NCBI GenBank assembly: GCA_018812595.1
Contig: JAHJDF010000092.1
Span: 1 to 60,962 of the forward strand
Direction of reading: 5' to 3'
Source: Gammaproteobacteria bacterium
GTDB taxonomy: Bacteria; Pseudomonadota; Gammaproteobacteria; UBA12402
DNA length: 60,962 nucleotides
Shown: positions 35,081 to 43,154 of the stretch, piece by piece
Layout of the letters: the number at the start of each line of letters is the position of its first letter
Position numbering within the stretch: the stretch's first letter is position 1
Notes under the pieces: model-generated
The model's database searches: none
Told to the model about the DNA's origin: nothing
What the model saw: the letters and a program-made list of their open reading frames with translations, nothing else
Translations under genes and position numbers: made by a program

Positions 35081-35821
35081 TCAACCAGCGACAAGTGTTC
35101 CAGACACAGAATAGAAAGGCATATTTTCCAGCACACCCTGAATAATCACCTTAGTCCCGTTCTTCCCAGCACGAACAAACTCTTGATTCAGCCAACGAGC
35201 ATCTTCATTAAACAATCGAACACAACCGTGGCTCGCATGATATCCCGGTAGAAAACTTCCATGCATCGCAAAACCACGATAGAAAAACATGCAATATGGC
35301 ATCGGCGCACCGCCTTCTCCCACAGGGAATCTAGTGGATATACATCCTCTGCCTTGTTTCCGCGCCACGAAAAATTGCCCTCTTGGCGTTGTACAACGTC
35401 GGCCCACGTCCGGGCACCATCCTTTACCACCTGAAACAGGCCCCCAATGCACCAAGAAACCATCACTATCGTATGCGCCAAACGCATGCACTCGCATATT
35501 GATCAATACTAATCGACGCCCCACAGGTTCAATGCGTTGTGGCATCGGAGAAAAATACATGTGTGATGTGTTCATTAAATTCTTAGGGACTGCAATCACC
35601 ATCCCCGCACGCAAACGCATATTGGTACGATTAATGCGTCGCACAATGTCGCGATTTTTCGCATCAGGAAAAAGATTCTCCCAAGTTTGATTTCGTTTCA
35701 CCCGCACACACTGATACCCATTTTTGCGACACAACTTACTGCCATAACCGGCAAATGCAGGAACAGTGAAAAAGGCGCAAATAATGAAAATGAAGAAAGA
35801 ACGGAACAGTGTTTTCTGCAT
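35081..35821 (-). CDS. L,D-transpeptidase (YkuD domain) family protein
   Basis: The catalytic motif is HGS...SHGCVRL near the C-terminus. It has a signal peptide. An AAGGAG RBS lies 6 nt upstream of the ATG at 35821, and the track start at 35839 would contain that RBS. Confidence 0.85.
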   Translation of the reverse strand: MQKTLFRSFFIFIICAFFTVPAFAGYGSKLCRKNGYQCVRVKRNQTWENLFPDAKNRDIVRRINRTNMRLRAGMVIAVPKNLMNTSHMYFSPMPQRIEPVGRRLVLINMRVHAFGAYDSDGFLVHWGPVSGGKGWCPDVGRRCTTPRGQFFVARKQGRGCISTRFPVGEGGAPMPYCMFFYRGFAMHGSFLPGYHASHGCVRLFNEDARWLNQEFVRAGKNGTKVIIQGVLENMPFYSVSGTLVAG

Positions 35822-35884
35822 TGCAAACTCCTTATGCAATCTTGATTTTGATGTGTTGGTGAAAATGATAAAAAAATCCGTGTG

Positions 35885-38800
35885 TTAGCGTTTGGGTTTG
35901 TATTTACGACTTACTTTTTTCGACTCATCCAACAAACTTGTTTCCATATTGCTGCCTGTGCTACTAACGCTAGTTTCACTCTCTACACTAGTTAAGCTGT
36001 CTTGAGACGTACGATCCCGCGAATTGAATAAACTAGAGTCAGGTTCAAAAAAACCAACAGAGCCAGAACTAGCTTCAAGGAATTCTTCAGCACCACCAGA
36101 TTCAACACTTGTTTCTACATATGAGTTTTCACTTTCTTCTTCACTGCTTCTTTCACACCCATTCTTCAATGCACTCATTTCTTCATCCTTCCCTTCATGC
36201 TCTGACTCCACACGAATACACACAGATGAAGATCGCAGATTTGTTGTGCTCACTTTACCCGCAATATTAGTAACCATCAGCCCCATCGCGTCACTCTCGG
36301 CATCCGGCAACTTAAATACGCTTTTCCCAGAAGGAGAAAATTTCCAAAGTCTAATGCCAGGAAGATGTGTCATTGGCGGCCGATAAAGCTCATTGATTGT
36401 CTGCACCACACGTTTTACTAATTCTGCGCGATTTACCTCTGATAAATCAGCCCATTTTTTTCCATCTCGCCTTGAAATTGCATCTAATATTTTTTCAGCA
36501 AAGCACTTAAACTGTGGGTATTCTTTTAAATTTTTATACCCCCATACGTTTAATTTTTTACGCACCCTTTCCGCAAATTCACTCTCTCCCTTTCGCCACC
36601 CCTTCAATTCTCGTGCATTTTTTTGTTGCCTATAAAGAAACTGTGCAGCCCCAAACGCGATAGTTCCCCCAGTCATAATAAGCCCTATCGCTGACCCACC
36701 AATCTTCACCGCATCTAAAAGCCAAGCTTGAAATTGACTAGGCTCGGAAGGAAAGTTTGCGATTTTCATTGTAAGCGTAGCGCTTTTGCATAAATCAAGA
36801 TTGTTACAAGCAATAAGAACCCAACTGTAAGGGCCTTCATCGACTCCTATCGGTGGGTTCCATTTCAACAATAAGAAGCCTCGGCCAGAAACAGGATCCT
36901 CTTGAAAGTTGATTTGCATCCATTTTTGAACAAGATCTCCACCGGCTTGAGTAGCATTCACAGCCTTAACCGCAGGACTGAAATCCCCCAGAATAAGCCA
37001 CTCTGTTCCATTGACTGTGATTTCTTTACCGATATAAATCACTTGGCCAGTAGGTAAAACCCATTCAGGAGGATAAGCACGAGGATCGAAAGGAAGATTT
37101 AAAGGAGCAGTGGAAGTACGGTTATTGTAAGCACACGTTATGTCGCCAACCGAAGGATCCCAACCTCCATCATGGCTGAAAATAATGCGGCCTTGAGTCA
37201 CATCTGCCTGAGTAAAATTATCCACAGGCAGTCCATCTTTAAGAAACAGTCCGTGAGAACAATTCGGGTAAAATACAATTTCAGCTTTAGGCACCCCACC
37301 AACAGTCGCCTGCAAATATTCCTCCGTCACGGTGGTGTTTTGACCACGTTCAGTCGGAATTCCAATCTCAGTCAGCAGTGGTGTCAATGCACTTTGATCG
37401 GAAGAATAAACAATTGCAGCAGGGGCACCGTCTTTGGGGAAGGTGAAGACGATGCGTTTATCTGTCGGAAACGCGGCACTTTGAACTTGGCCCGTTATTG
37501 CCTGATCATAGATCTGCACAGGTTCTGACAAGAGAAGATCTGTCCCATTCCAAGCACCAGTAACAGCATAAACCCCCGCTTTTTTATCTCCTGATTGATA
37601 GCTATTAGCAATAACGACAGTCTCTCCATCAGAAAGCACAGCAGCTGCATAGTAGGGTCGATAGCCTATTGAACCCTGGGAGTTATATTCAGACGAAAAA
37701 GCAGGACCCTTATATTTTAAGGGCTGCCTCGTAGAGGGGTTCACGGAATAGACCATGGTCTGCCCCTCTCCCGAATAAGGGATAGGGGCACTAGAAGAAC
37801 ATGTAACAATCGCCACTTCTCCGGTAGGCCCATTCACTCTCATGATGGTGGGAAACAATGAAATAGCTGTAACATTGGGGTTCCCTAAACACGTCTTATC
37901 ACCAAGTGGATTATTATCTTTATCGAAGAATTGAACTGCTAGCACAACGGAAGCCGCACCACAGGTTCCACTTTTATCGCCAAATGCCACACCTTTGACA
38001 TGATTATCAAATAATGCCATTGATGCTGTAAAACCATTAGCAATTCTTTTCGGTGTATTGATATCCGTCTTATCGTATCCATTAAGCGTCATTATATCTA
38101 TTTTCGAATAGTCTCTTTCAGTCCAAACACAAGTAACAGGCAACTTTCCATTGTCCTCATAAGATACACACTTAAATCCAAAAGCCGCCTCTGTCTCCAC
38201 CAAACCACTATACTCATAAGGGCCTAAATAATATGTTCCGTCCGATTTCACCTGTTGGATAAACACGCTATATCCCACCATAAACCGTTCTGCCTGAGGA
38301 AGGGAAAATGCCCAAGGATATGAATAATATTTGTCGCTAAGCTTTATTGGATCCACCGTATAATTATTAAATTGCCCCTCTGTCTTATTAAATCCTTCCG
38401 GCTGAAAATAATTTCTGTTTCCGCTATCACTATTCCAATTTTCTCCAGTGAACATTACGACATCTCTACCACTGCTATCCTGAAATATAGCTACTGGAAT
38501 AGATAAAACAGAAGCAGGGTAAGGAATGCTCGACATCACAGAAACAATATCGGTTACAGGATAGAGGTTTGCCGGCAGAGCTTCATTTATAGACAAATTT
38601 GTAGGAACATCAGTATTTAGTGCAGTCAACAATCTATAGTCTGGCTTTTTTAAGCTAATTTGAGCATCCCCAGAAAAACCACAAAACGCTTGTTTGAAGA
38701 AAAGCGCACCAACAACTGTCCCGACACAAACTGTTGTCATCTTAAGAAGGAGCGTAAAAGTTATGGAGGCACTGTCCTTTTCTGTCACACCCTCATCAAG

Positions 38801-38890
38801 TTGTACATCTTGCCCAACTTCCGGAAGCAATACATTTTTTGGAGCAAAACTGGTCCACAAATTTCTGATTGGTTCAAAAGTAGTCCACAT
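35885..38890 (-). CDS. Large orphan membrane protein: N-terminal TM, about 650-aa beta-rich ectodomain, second TM, Ser/Glu-rich cytoplasmic tail
   Basis: 1001-aa ORF. TM segments lie around aa 45-65 and around aa 715-740. The block FTQADVTQGRIIFSHDGG resembles cadherin-like/CSPG-type repeat motifs. The acidic Ser/Glu tail ends in KKVSRKYKPKR. I recognise no family for the whole protein. Confidence 0.6.
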   Translation of the reverse strand: MWTTFEPIRNLWTSFAPKNVLLPEVGQDVQLDEGVTEKDSASITFTLLLKMTTVCVGTVVGALFFKQAFCGFSGDAQISLKKPDYRLLTALNTDVPTNLSINEALPANLYPVTDIVSVMSSIPYPASVLSIPVAIFQDSSGRDVVMFTGENWNSDSGNRNYFQPEGFNKTEGQFNNYTVDPIKLSDKYYSYPWAFSLPQAERFMVGYSVFIQQVKSDGTYYLGPYEYSGLVETEAAFGFKCVSYEDNGKLPVTCVWTERDYSKIDIMTLNGYDKTDINTPKRIANGFTASMALFDNHVKGVAFGDKSGTCGAASVVLAVQFFDKDNNPLGDKTCLGNPNVTAISLFPTIMRVNGPTGEVAIVTCSSSAPIPYSGEGQTMVYSVNPSTRQPLKYKGPAFSSEYNSQGSIGYRPYYAAAVLSDGETVVIANSYQSGDKKAGVYAVTGAWNGTDLLLSEPVQIYDQAITGQVQSAAFPTDKRIVFTFPKDGAPAAIVYSSDQSALTPLLTEIGIPTERGQNTTVTEEYLQATVGGVPKAEIVFYPNCSHGLFLKDGLPVDNFTQADVTQGRIIFSHDGGWDPSVGDITCAYNNRTSTAPLNLPFDPRAYPPEWVLPTGQVIYIGKEITVNGTEWLILGDFSPAVKAVNATQAGGDLVQKWMQINFQEDPVSGRGFLLLKWNPPIGVDEGPYSWVLIACNNLDLCKSATLTMKIANFPSEPSQFQAWLLDAVKIGGSAIGLIMTGGTIAFGAAQFLYRQQKNARELKGWRKGESEFAERVRKKLNVWGYKNLKEYPQFKCFAEKILDAISRRDGKKWADLSEVNRAELVKRVVQTINELYRPPMTHLPGIRLWKFSPSGKSVFKLPDAESDAMGLMVTNIAGKVSTTNLRSSSVCIRVESEHEGKDEEMSALKNGCERSSEEESENSYVETSVESGGAEEFLEASSGSVGFFEPDSSLFNSRDRTSQDSLTSVESETSVSSTGSNMETSLLDESKKVSRKYKPKR

Positions 38891-39040
38891 GTTCTTACCT
38901 CCCTTAATAAATCCAGCTGATACTGAACTAGACGCAACCCTTATCTATAAATTATAGACAGGCTTTACCATGGAACAAGTAAGAAACAAAGCTTGTTATC
39001 TAAGATTTGGCATTTAATTGAGAAGCTCAGGAAAGGGAGA

Positions 39041-39070
39041 ACTACTGCAAATCATCTGATTTGCAGTAGT
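39041..39070 (-). terminator. Rho-independent-type terminator hairpin after the pilin gene
   Basis: A perfect 14-bp palindrome, ACTACTGCAAATCA-TC-TGATTTGCAGTAGT, lies 10 nt downstream of the pilin stop. On the minus strand it is followed by a pyrimidine-rich tract. Confidence 0.55.
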
Positions 39071-39080
39071 TGAAAGAAAA

Positions 39081-39470
39081 TTACGATGCTGTATCACCAA
39101 CACATTGCACTAGATCTGCATTAGCAGCCGTTTCGGAACCAGCAGTACAATGCGAATCAGTATAGGTTGTAACTATATAAGGAGTACTTCCTATAGTAAC
39201 CTGTACTCCAGTGGTAGCAGCAACAACTCCAGCTCCAGACATATAACTTGAAGCAAGTTCTGTAAGAGAAGGATAACCCCCTTGTTTCTCAGCAACCGCT
39301 ATAGCGAACCCTGCTTTTATAGCGCCAACTGTGGCTTTTTTGGCAGCCGTAAGCGCATTGCCTTGCAAATCTACATACCTCGGGATCGCGACTGCGGCTA
39401 AGATACCTAGAATCACAATCACGATAACTAATTCGATTAAGGTGAAACCCTTAACATTCCTTTTGTTCAT
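39081..39470 (-). CDS. Type IV pilin (PilA-like, prepilin N-methylation signal)
   Basis: MNKRNVKG/FTLIELVIVIVILGILAAVAIPRY is the class III signal/prepilin peptidase site. 129 aa from the ATG at 39470, with a GGAGA RBS. There is a C-terminal Cys pair. Confidence 0.85.
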   Translation of the reverse strand: MNKRNVKGFTLIELVIVIVILGILAAVAIPRYVDLQGNALTAAKKATVGAIKAGFAIAVAEKQGGYPSLTELASSYMSGAGVVAATTGVQVTIGSTPYIVTTYTDSHCTAGSETAANADLVQCVGDTAS

Positions 39471-39574
39471 ATTCACATTCTCCGTAGAAATAATTGAAAA
39501 AAAGCGCGTGCAATCTATCAATGAACAAATACACAAACAAGAATTTTCCGCTTATTTATAGCCCCAAACCAACA

Positions 39575-40921
39575 TCACCCCTCCCCTCGAGCAATCTTTA
39601 CACACCCTCGAATAAAAGACCCACTCTCCGCAAATTTCAAACGATCACTTTGCAAAGGACTATAAAGAAAATCTTTATCGCTCAGAGGAATCTCAGAAGT
39701 CGGACGAATATCTTTGCCATAACTAAACAGCTCACCATGAAAAAAATCGAGCTTCATGAGAGACACAAGCTCATGCACTTTCATATTATTAATTTTTATA
39801 TTTCCGAAATCATGACTCAGCGAAGATTTGATCATCATCAACTCTCTCATCTCCTCAATGATCGTTTGCACCTGCCTCACATAAGGATTCGGCGACAACA
39901 TAGTAGGCGACTGCATGGAATAATAGACAGGCACGTTCTTCTCGAAAGAAAACAAAGCAGGCCCCATCATTGTAGGAATTTGATCGAGCCCATAAGTTTC
40001 AACATAAATTTTTTGAAATTCAGTAATTGGCCCACCCGAATCATCGATAAAAGGGCGATATCCTGCTCGATCCCCCAAAAAAAGATGCACAAGATGCTTA
40101 AAAGTATCAATCGCATAAATATCCGGTCGAAACCCCTCTTCTCTCAAAATAGAAACCACTTTTAACCATAAAATTTCAAGTATGGTCTTCCGTCGTCCGA
40201 TCTCTGAATGCTCATAAATTTTTCTATATAAATAAGCTTCCAACGCCGCCCACGCTTGAGATTTTTTTTTGTATTTTTTTAGACCTTCGTCCCAGGGCTT
40301 TGTTAGGTAGATGATTTCAGACTCCCATTGAGTATTGAAACTTGGACTGTTGTATAACGCCTTAAATACTTGCCATTGCTTAAAAATGTTCTTCGGCGGA
40401 GCACATGTAATCTGATATTCCCTCATCAATTTTTTGTGATGCCGAGCCTCTGAAATTTTTGGGATCATAAATAATGAACGCGCACCAGAAGACACTGAAT
40501 AACAAGCCGTCAAGCCAAAATACTCAAATATTCCTATCTCTATCCCTTTATCTGGACCCGATAACTCAACAGAAAACACTAGACCGTCTGTCTCAAGATA
40601 AATATCAACTGAATTTTTTGTAATAAAACCAAAAGGAATCGAACGATAACCTAACTTATCCTTTAACTTATCCGGCACAGAAGGATCAAATAAGGGAACA
40701 CTCTGATGCTCCATCGGAAGATAAACCGCATCATCCTGCATAATTATTTCTCCGAACGGATAACGCACACGTAAAAATGTGTATTTATCCGATGGATCGA
40801 TTGCTTCCATCACTTTAAAAAGATCTGGATTACTTTTAGCCGTGTATTTTCGCGCGGACTCCCACGTCAACTCTTCAATATAAGGAGAATATGATTGATC
40901 CATAAGTAATCCCTCGTTCAT
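39575..40921 (-). CDS. Hypothetical soluble protein (448 aa), no recognised family
   Basis: A long uninterrupted ORF in an AT-rich context with no TM segments. An alternative start is M7 (40903). The antisense 223-aa ORF at 39494-40165 is low-complexity and is rejected. Confidence 0.55.
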   Translation of the reverse strand: MNEGLLMDQSYSPYIEELTWESARKYTAKSNPDLFKVMEAIDPSDKYTFLRVRYPFGEIIMQDDAVYLPMEHQSVPLFDPSVPDKLKDKLGYRSIPFGFITKNSVDIYLETDGLVFSVELSGPDKGIEIGIFEYFGLTACYSVSSGARSLFMIPKISEARHHKKLMREYQITCAPPKNIFKQWQVFKALYNSPSFNTQWESEIIYLTKPWDEGLKKYKKKSQAWAALEAYLYRKIYEHSEIGRRKTILEILWLKVVSILREEGFRPDIYAIDTFKHLVHLFLGDRAGYRPFIDDSGGPITEFQKIYVETYGLDQIPTMMGPALFSFEKNVPVYYSMQSPTMLSPNPYVRQVQTIIEEMRELMMIKSSLSHDFGNIKINNMKVHELVSLMKLDFFHGELFSYGKDIRPTSEIPLSDKDFLYSPLQSDRLKFAESGSFIRGCVKIARGEG

Positions 40922-41233
40922 ATTTCAACCGCCATCGTAACCCCAGAAAGGGTAAAAGCAACGAATTAACTACGTAATTTTACTATTTTTTTTATGGTGT
41001 AAATTTACTCTATAAAAACATCCAAATAATTTCGGTTAAAAATGTCTCTAATTGAACATGGTTCCCAACAAAAACTATCATGTGCTCGTTTTATCTGAAC
41101 TCGTCACAGAACTCTCATCAGAATAGTAATAAATGCAGCTCTCTAAAAACGAGACGGGAGGCATACTTCTTCGAAGCGGCTTATCCCAAACACATGCTCG
41201 TGCACTTAATAAGAAAAATAATAAAACGCCATA

Positions 41234-41271
41234 CTGGATTCCCGCCTTCGCGGGAATGACAGGGGAATGAC
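41234..41271. repeat. REP-like palindrome
   Basis: CTGGATTCCCGCCTTCGCGGGAATGAC plus an extra GGGGAATGAC half-site. Confidence 0.8.
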
Positions 41272-41434
41272 AGATAAAAACTCGCTATAGAGGGCATACC
41301 GTTTGCTCATAATAGAGGAACTAATAAAGAACTTACTACTATTCGACGCGCCGATTTGATGACGATTTTGACAAAAAATGATCTGTAAACGGACGTTCTG
41401 GAATAGGAGTAAAAAATTAACAAGGAGAAGGAAA

Positions 41435-41668
41435 ATGTTAGTACTTGCAAGAAAAGACAACGAATCAATCATTATTGGCGATTCCATTGTTGTGACGATT
41501 CTGAGCACAAAAGGAAATAAAGTTCGCGTTGGAGTCACCGCGCCTAAAGACGTCTCAGTACACCGTGAAGAAATTTATGAGAAGCTGAAGACACCTAAAA
41601 ACAATGGGTTAGCCCCAATCCAGACGTGTACCAACAGGCCTGATCAGCCCGCTTCTGATAACAAATAA
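41435..41668 (+). CDS. csrA: Carbon storage regulator CsrA (RsmA family), with an extended C-terminus
   Basis: [51 protein letters not shown] is the canonical CsrA fold sequence. An AAGGAGAAGGAAA RBS region lies upstream. It is 77 aa versus about 61-65 aa for typical CsrA. Confidence 0.9.
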   Translation: MLVLARKDNESIIIGDSIVVTILSTKGNKVRVGVTAPKDVSVHREEIYEKLKTPKNNGLAPIQTCTNRPDQPASDNK

Positions 41669-41682
41669 CAAGCCTTTAGATT

Positions 41683-41714
41683 GGCGATTTCCGGGCGTTA
41701 TCGCGGAAATCGCC
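41683..41714 (+). terminator. Hairpin downstream of csrA
   Basis: GGCGATTTCCG-ggcgttatcg-CGGAAATCGCC forms an 11-bp stem. There is no U-tract. Confidence 0.35.
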
Positions 41715-41897
41715 CCCAATCATCTTCCAAATTTCAGCTTTCCGGAGGTAACGATATTGATGATATTGCTTTTTAAAAGCTCGCTTTTTGTCCCCTGCTT
41801 AGAAAAACAAAAAATAAGACATATCGGTAAATAAAAAATGAGAAACAAAAATTATCGGCACCACAAAATCCTCACCCCCGGAAACCCATACCCAGCC

Positions 41898-41925
41898 TTG
41901 AGTGACGGGCTTTCTTCGTTATAAT
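41898..41925 (+). promoter_or_regulatory. Candidate sigma70 promoter for fis (TTGAGT-16 nt-TATAAT)
   Basis: TTGAGT lies at 41898-41903 and TATAAT at 41920-41925, 53 nt upstream of the fis ATG. Confidence 0.35.
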
Positions 41926-41978
41926 GCCTCGGCTTTTTGTCCTTCATTAATAATAGTAATTAAGCGAGGTCCTTTTTT

Positions 41979-42269
41979 ATGTCTACTATCGAATCAGAAG
42001 AAGCTTCACAAAAAATCAATCAGCACTTGTCCGCAAAGAGTGAACCTTTAAGAAACAGCGTCCAGGTTGCCCTCAGTAACTATTTTGCAAAATTAGACGG
42101 CGCCTTGGTCGATAATCTTTATCAAATGGTTTTGAGCGAAGTGGAAGAACCATTATTAAGAGCAGTTATGAGCCACACAAAAGAAAATCAATCTAAAGCT
42201 GCTATTTTGCTTGGATTAAGCAGAGGAACGCTCAGAAAAAAACTGAAACAATATGGACTATTAGATTAG
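41979..42269 (+). CDS. fis: Fis-family nucleoid-associated DNA-binding protein
   Basis: 96 aa. The C-terminal helix-turn-helix is NQSKAAILLGLSRGTLRKKLKQYGL, and the N-terminal region is LRNSVQVALSNYF. Length is typical for Fis. Confidence 0.85.
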   Translation: MSTIESEEASQKINQHLSAKSEPLRNSVQVALSNYFAKLDGALVDNLYQMVLSEVEEPLLRAVMSHTKENQSKAAILLGLSRGTLRKKLKQYGLLD

Positions 42270-42280
42270 TTGTAATCATT

Positions 42281-42304
42281 AGAGATGTGATTTGTCGCGT
42301 CTCT
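42281..42304 (+). terminator. Member of a conserved hairpin family (AGAGAYGYGA-TTTR-TCGCGTCTCT) after fis
   Basis: AGAGATGTGA-tttg-TCGCGTCTCT. Two positions differ from the copy at 46885 but keep G-U pairing. Confidence 0.4.
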
Positions 42305-42373
42305 AGAACTTTATGGATTTGAAAGGAGAAATCATTATGATTTCTCCTTTCTTTTTTACAGCTAAATATCGCA

Positions 42374-43147
42374 ATGAATAATGCTAATGTGTTTTCAATT
42401 CCAGACTCTAAAGCGCTTTGCGACATCCAACCCTTGTTCCTTCAAAATAAAAAATACTTGTTCACCAAAAACCGCCTTCTGATCGCCACAAGCAAACTCT
42501 TTTCGATTATTAATCAGCTGAAACACGGCGCCATGCATACAGACGTGCATCAACTGAAACACTATTTATTAAAAGAGCTACGAGCATTTCAATCGCACGC
42601 AGAAAAAGCCAATTACGATATGGACAACGTCTTGATTGCGAGATTTTTAATAAGCGCAACGCTGGATGAATTCATTACGCGCATTAACGACTCTGTAAAA
42701 GAGAAATGGATGGAAGCACCGCTGCTCAAATATTCCAATGGAGCGCACAACGCGAAACACAATTTCTTCATCGTGCTTGAACGACTCTGCCACTCTCCTG
42801 AAGAACATATTGACCTCATTGAGCTTGCTTACATCTGCTTAAGTTTAGGCTATGAAGGCATGTATAAAACAACAGGGCACCAACAAGAATTACAAAACGT
42901 TACTGAAAAAATTTATCAAATCATCCGAAACGAACGTGGCGATTTCAATAGAATACTGCTCCAGCAACACGCGCCTTCTAACAAGGCAAAACACACTCGA
43001 TCGTTTGTCAAATCATTCACGCTGACACTGGCTTTCTCGATCCTAATGCTCACGAGCGTTTATGCAGGACTCAGTTACTTGTTGAATTTTTCTTCTCAAC
43101 AGATCAACCAACAAATCACCCAAACAGTTAACTCTTTAACTAAATAG
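42374..43147 (+). CDS. icmH: Dot/Icm protein IcmH/DotU (DotU/TssL family)
   Basis: 257 aa with a cytoplasmic DotU-like domain and a single C-terminal TM segment (TLTLAFSILMLTSVYAGLSYLL). It lies immediately upstream of icmF. Confidence 0.8.
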   Translation: MNNANVFSIPDSKALCDIQPLFLQNKKYLFTKNRLLIATSKLFSIINQLKHGAMHTDVHQLKHYLLKELRAFQSHAEKANYDMDNVLIARFLISATLDEFITRINDSVKEKWMEAPLLKYSNGAHNAKHNFFIVLERLCHSPEEHIDLIELAYICLSLGYEGMYKTTGHQQELQNVTEKIYQIIRNERGDFNRILLQQHAPSNKAKHTRSFVKSFTLTLAFSILMLTSVYAGLSYLLNFSSQQINQQITQTVNSLTK

Positions 43148-43154
43148 GTTCTCT

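Noticed and set aside
39494-40165. 223-aa plus-strand ORF antisense to the 448-aa gene
   Set aside because: It has low-complexity, basic, His/Arg/Ile-rich composition typical of the antisense frame of an AT-rich gene. It is fully overlapped by a longer and better ORF.
40922-41434. Possible RsmY/RsmZ-type CsrA-sponge sRNA in the 510-nt non-coding region upstream of csrA
   Set aside because: Apart from the four GGA motifs right at the csrA RBS, I found no cluster of hairpin-loop GGA motifs and no clear terminator. The evidence is insufficient to call an sRNA.
41206-41538. 110-aa minus-strand ORF overlapping the csrA start and a REP element
   Set aside because: It overlaps the highly conserved csrA coding sequence in antisense and includes REP-derived codons (SFPRRRESS).
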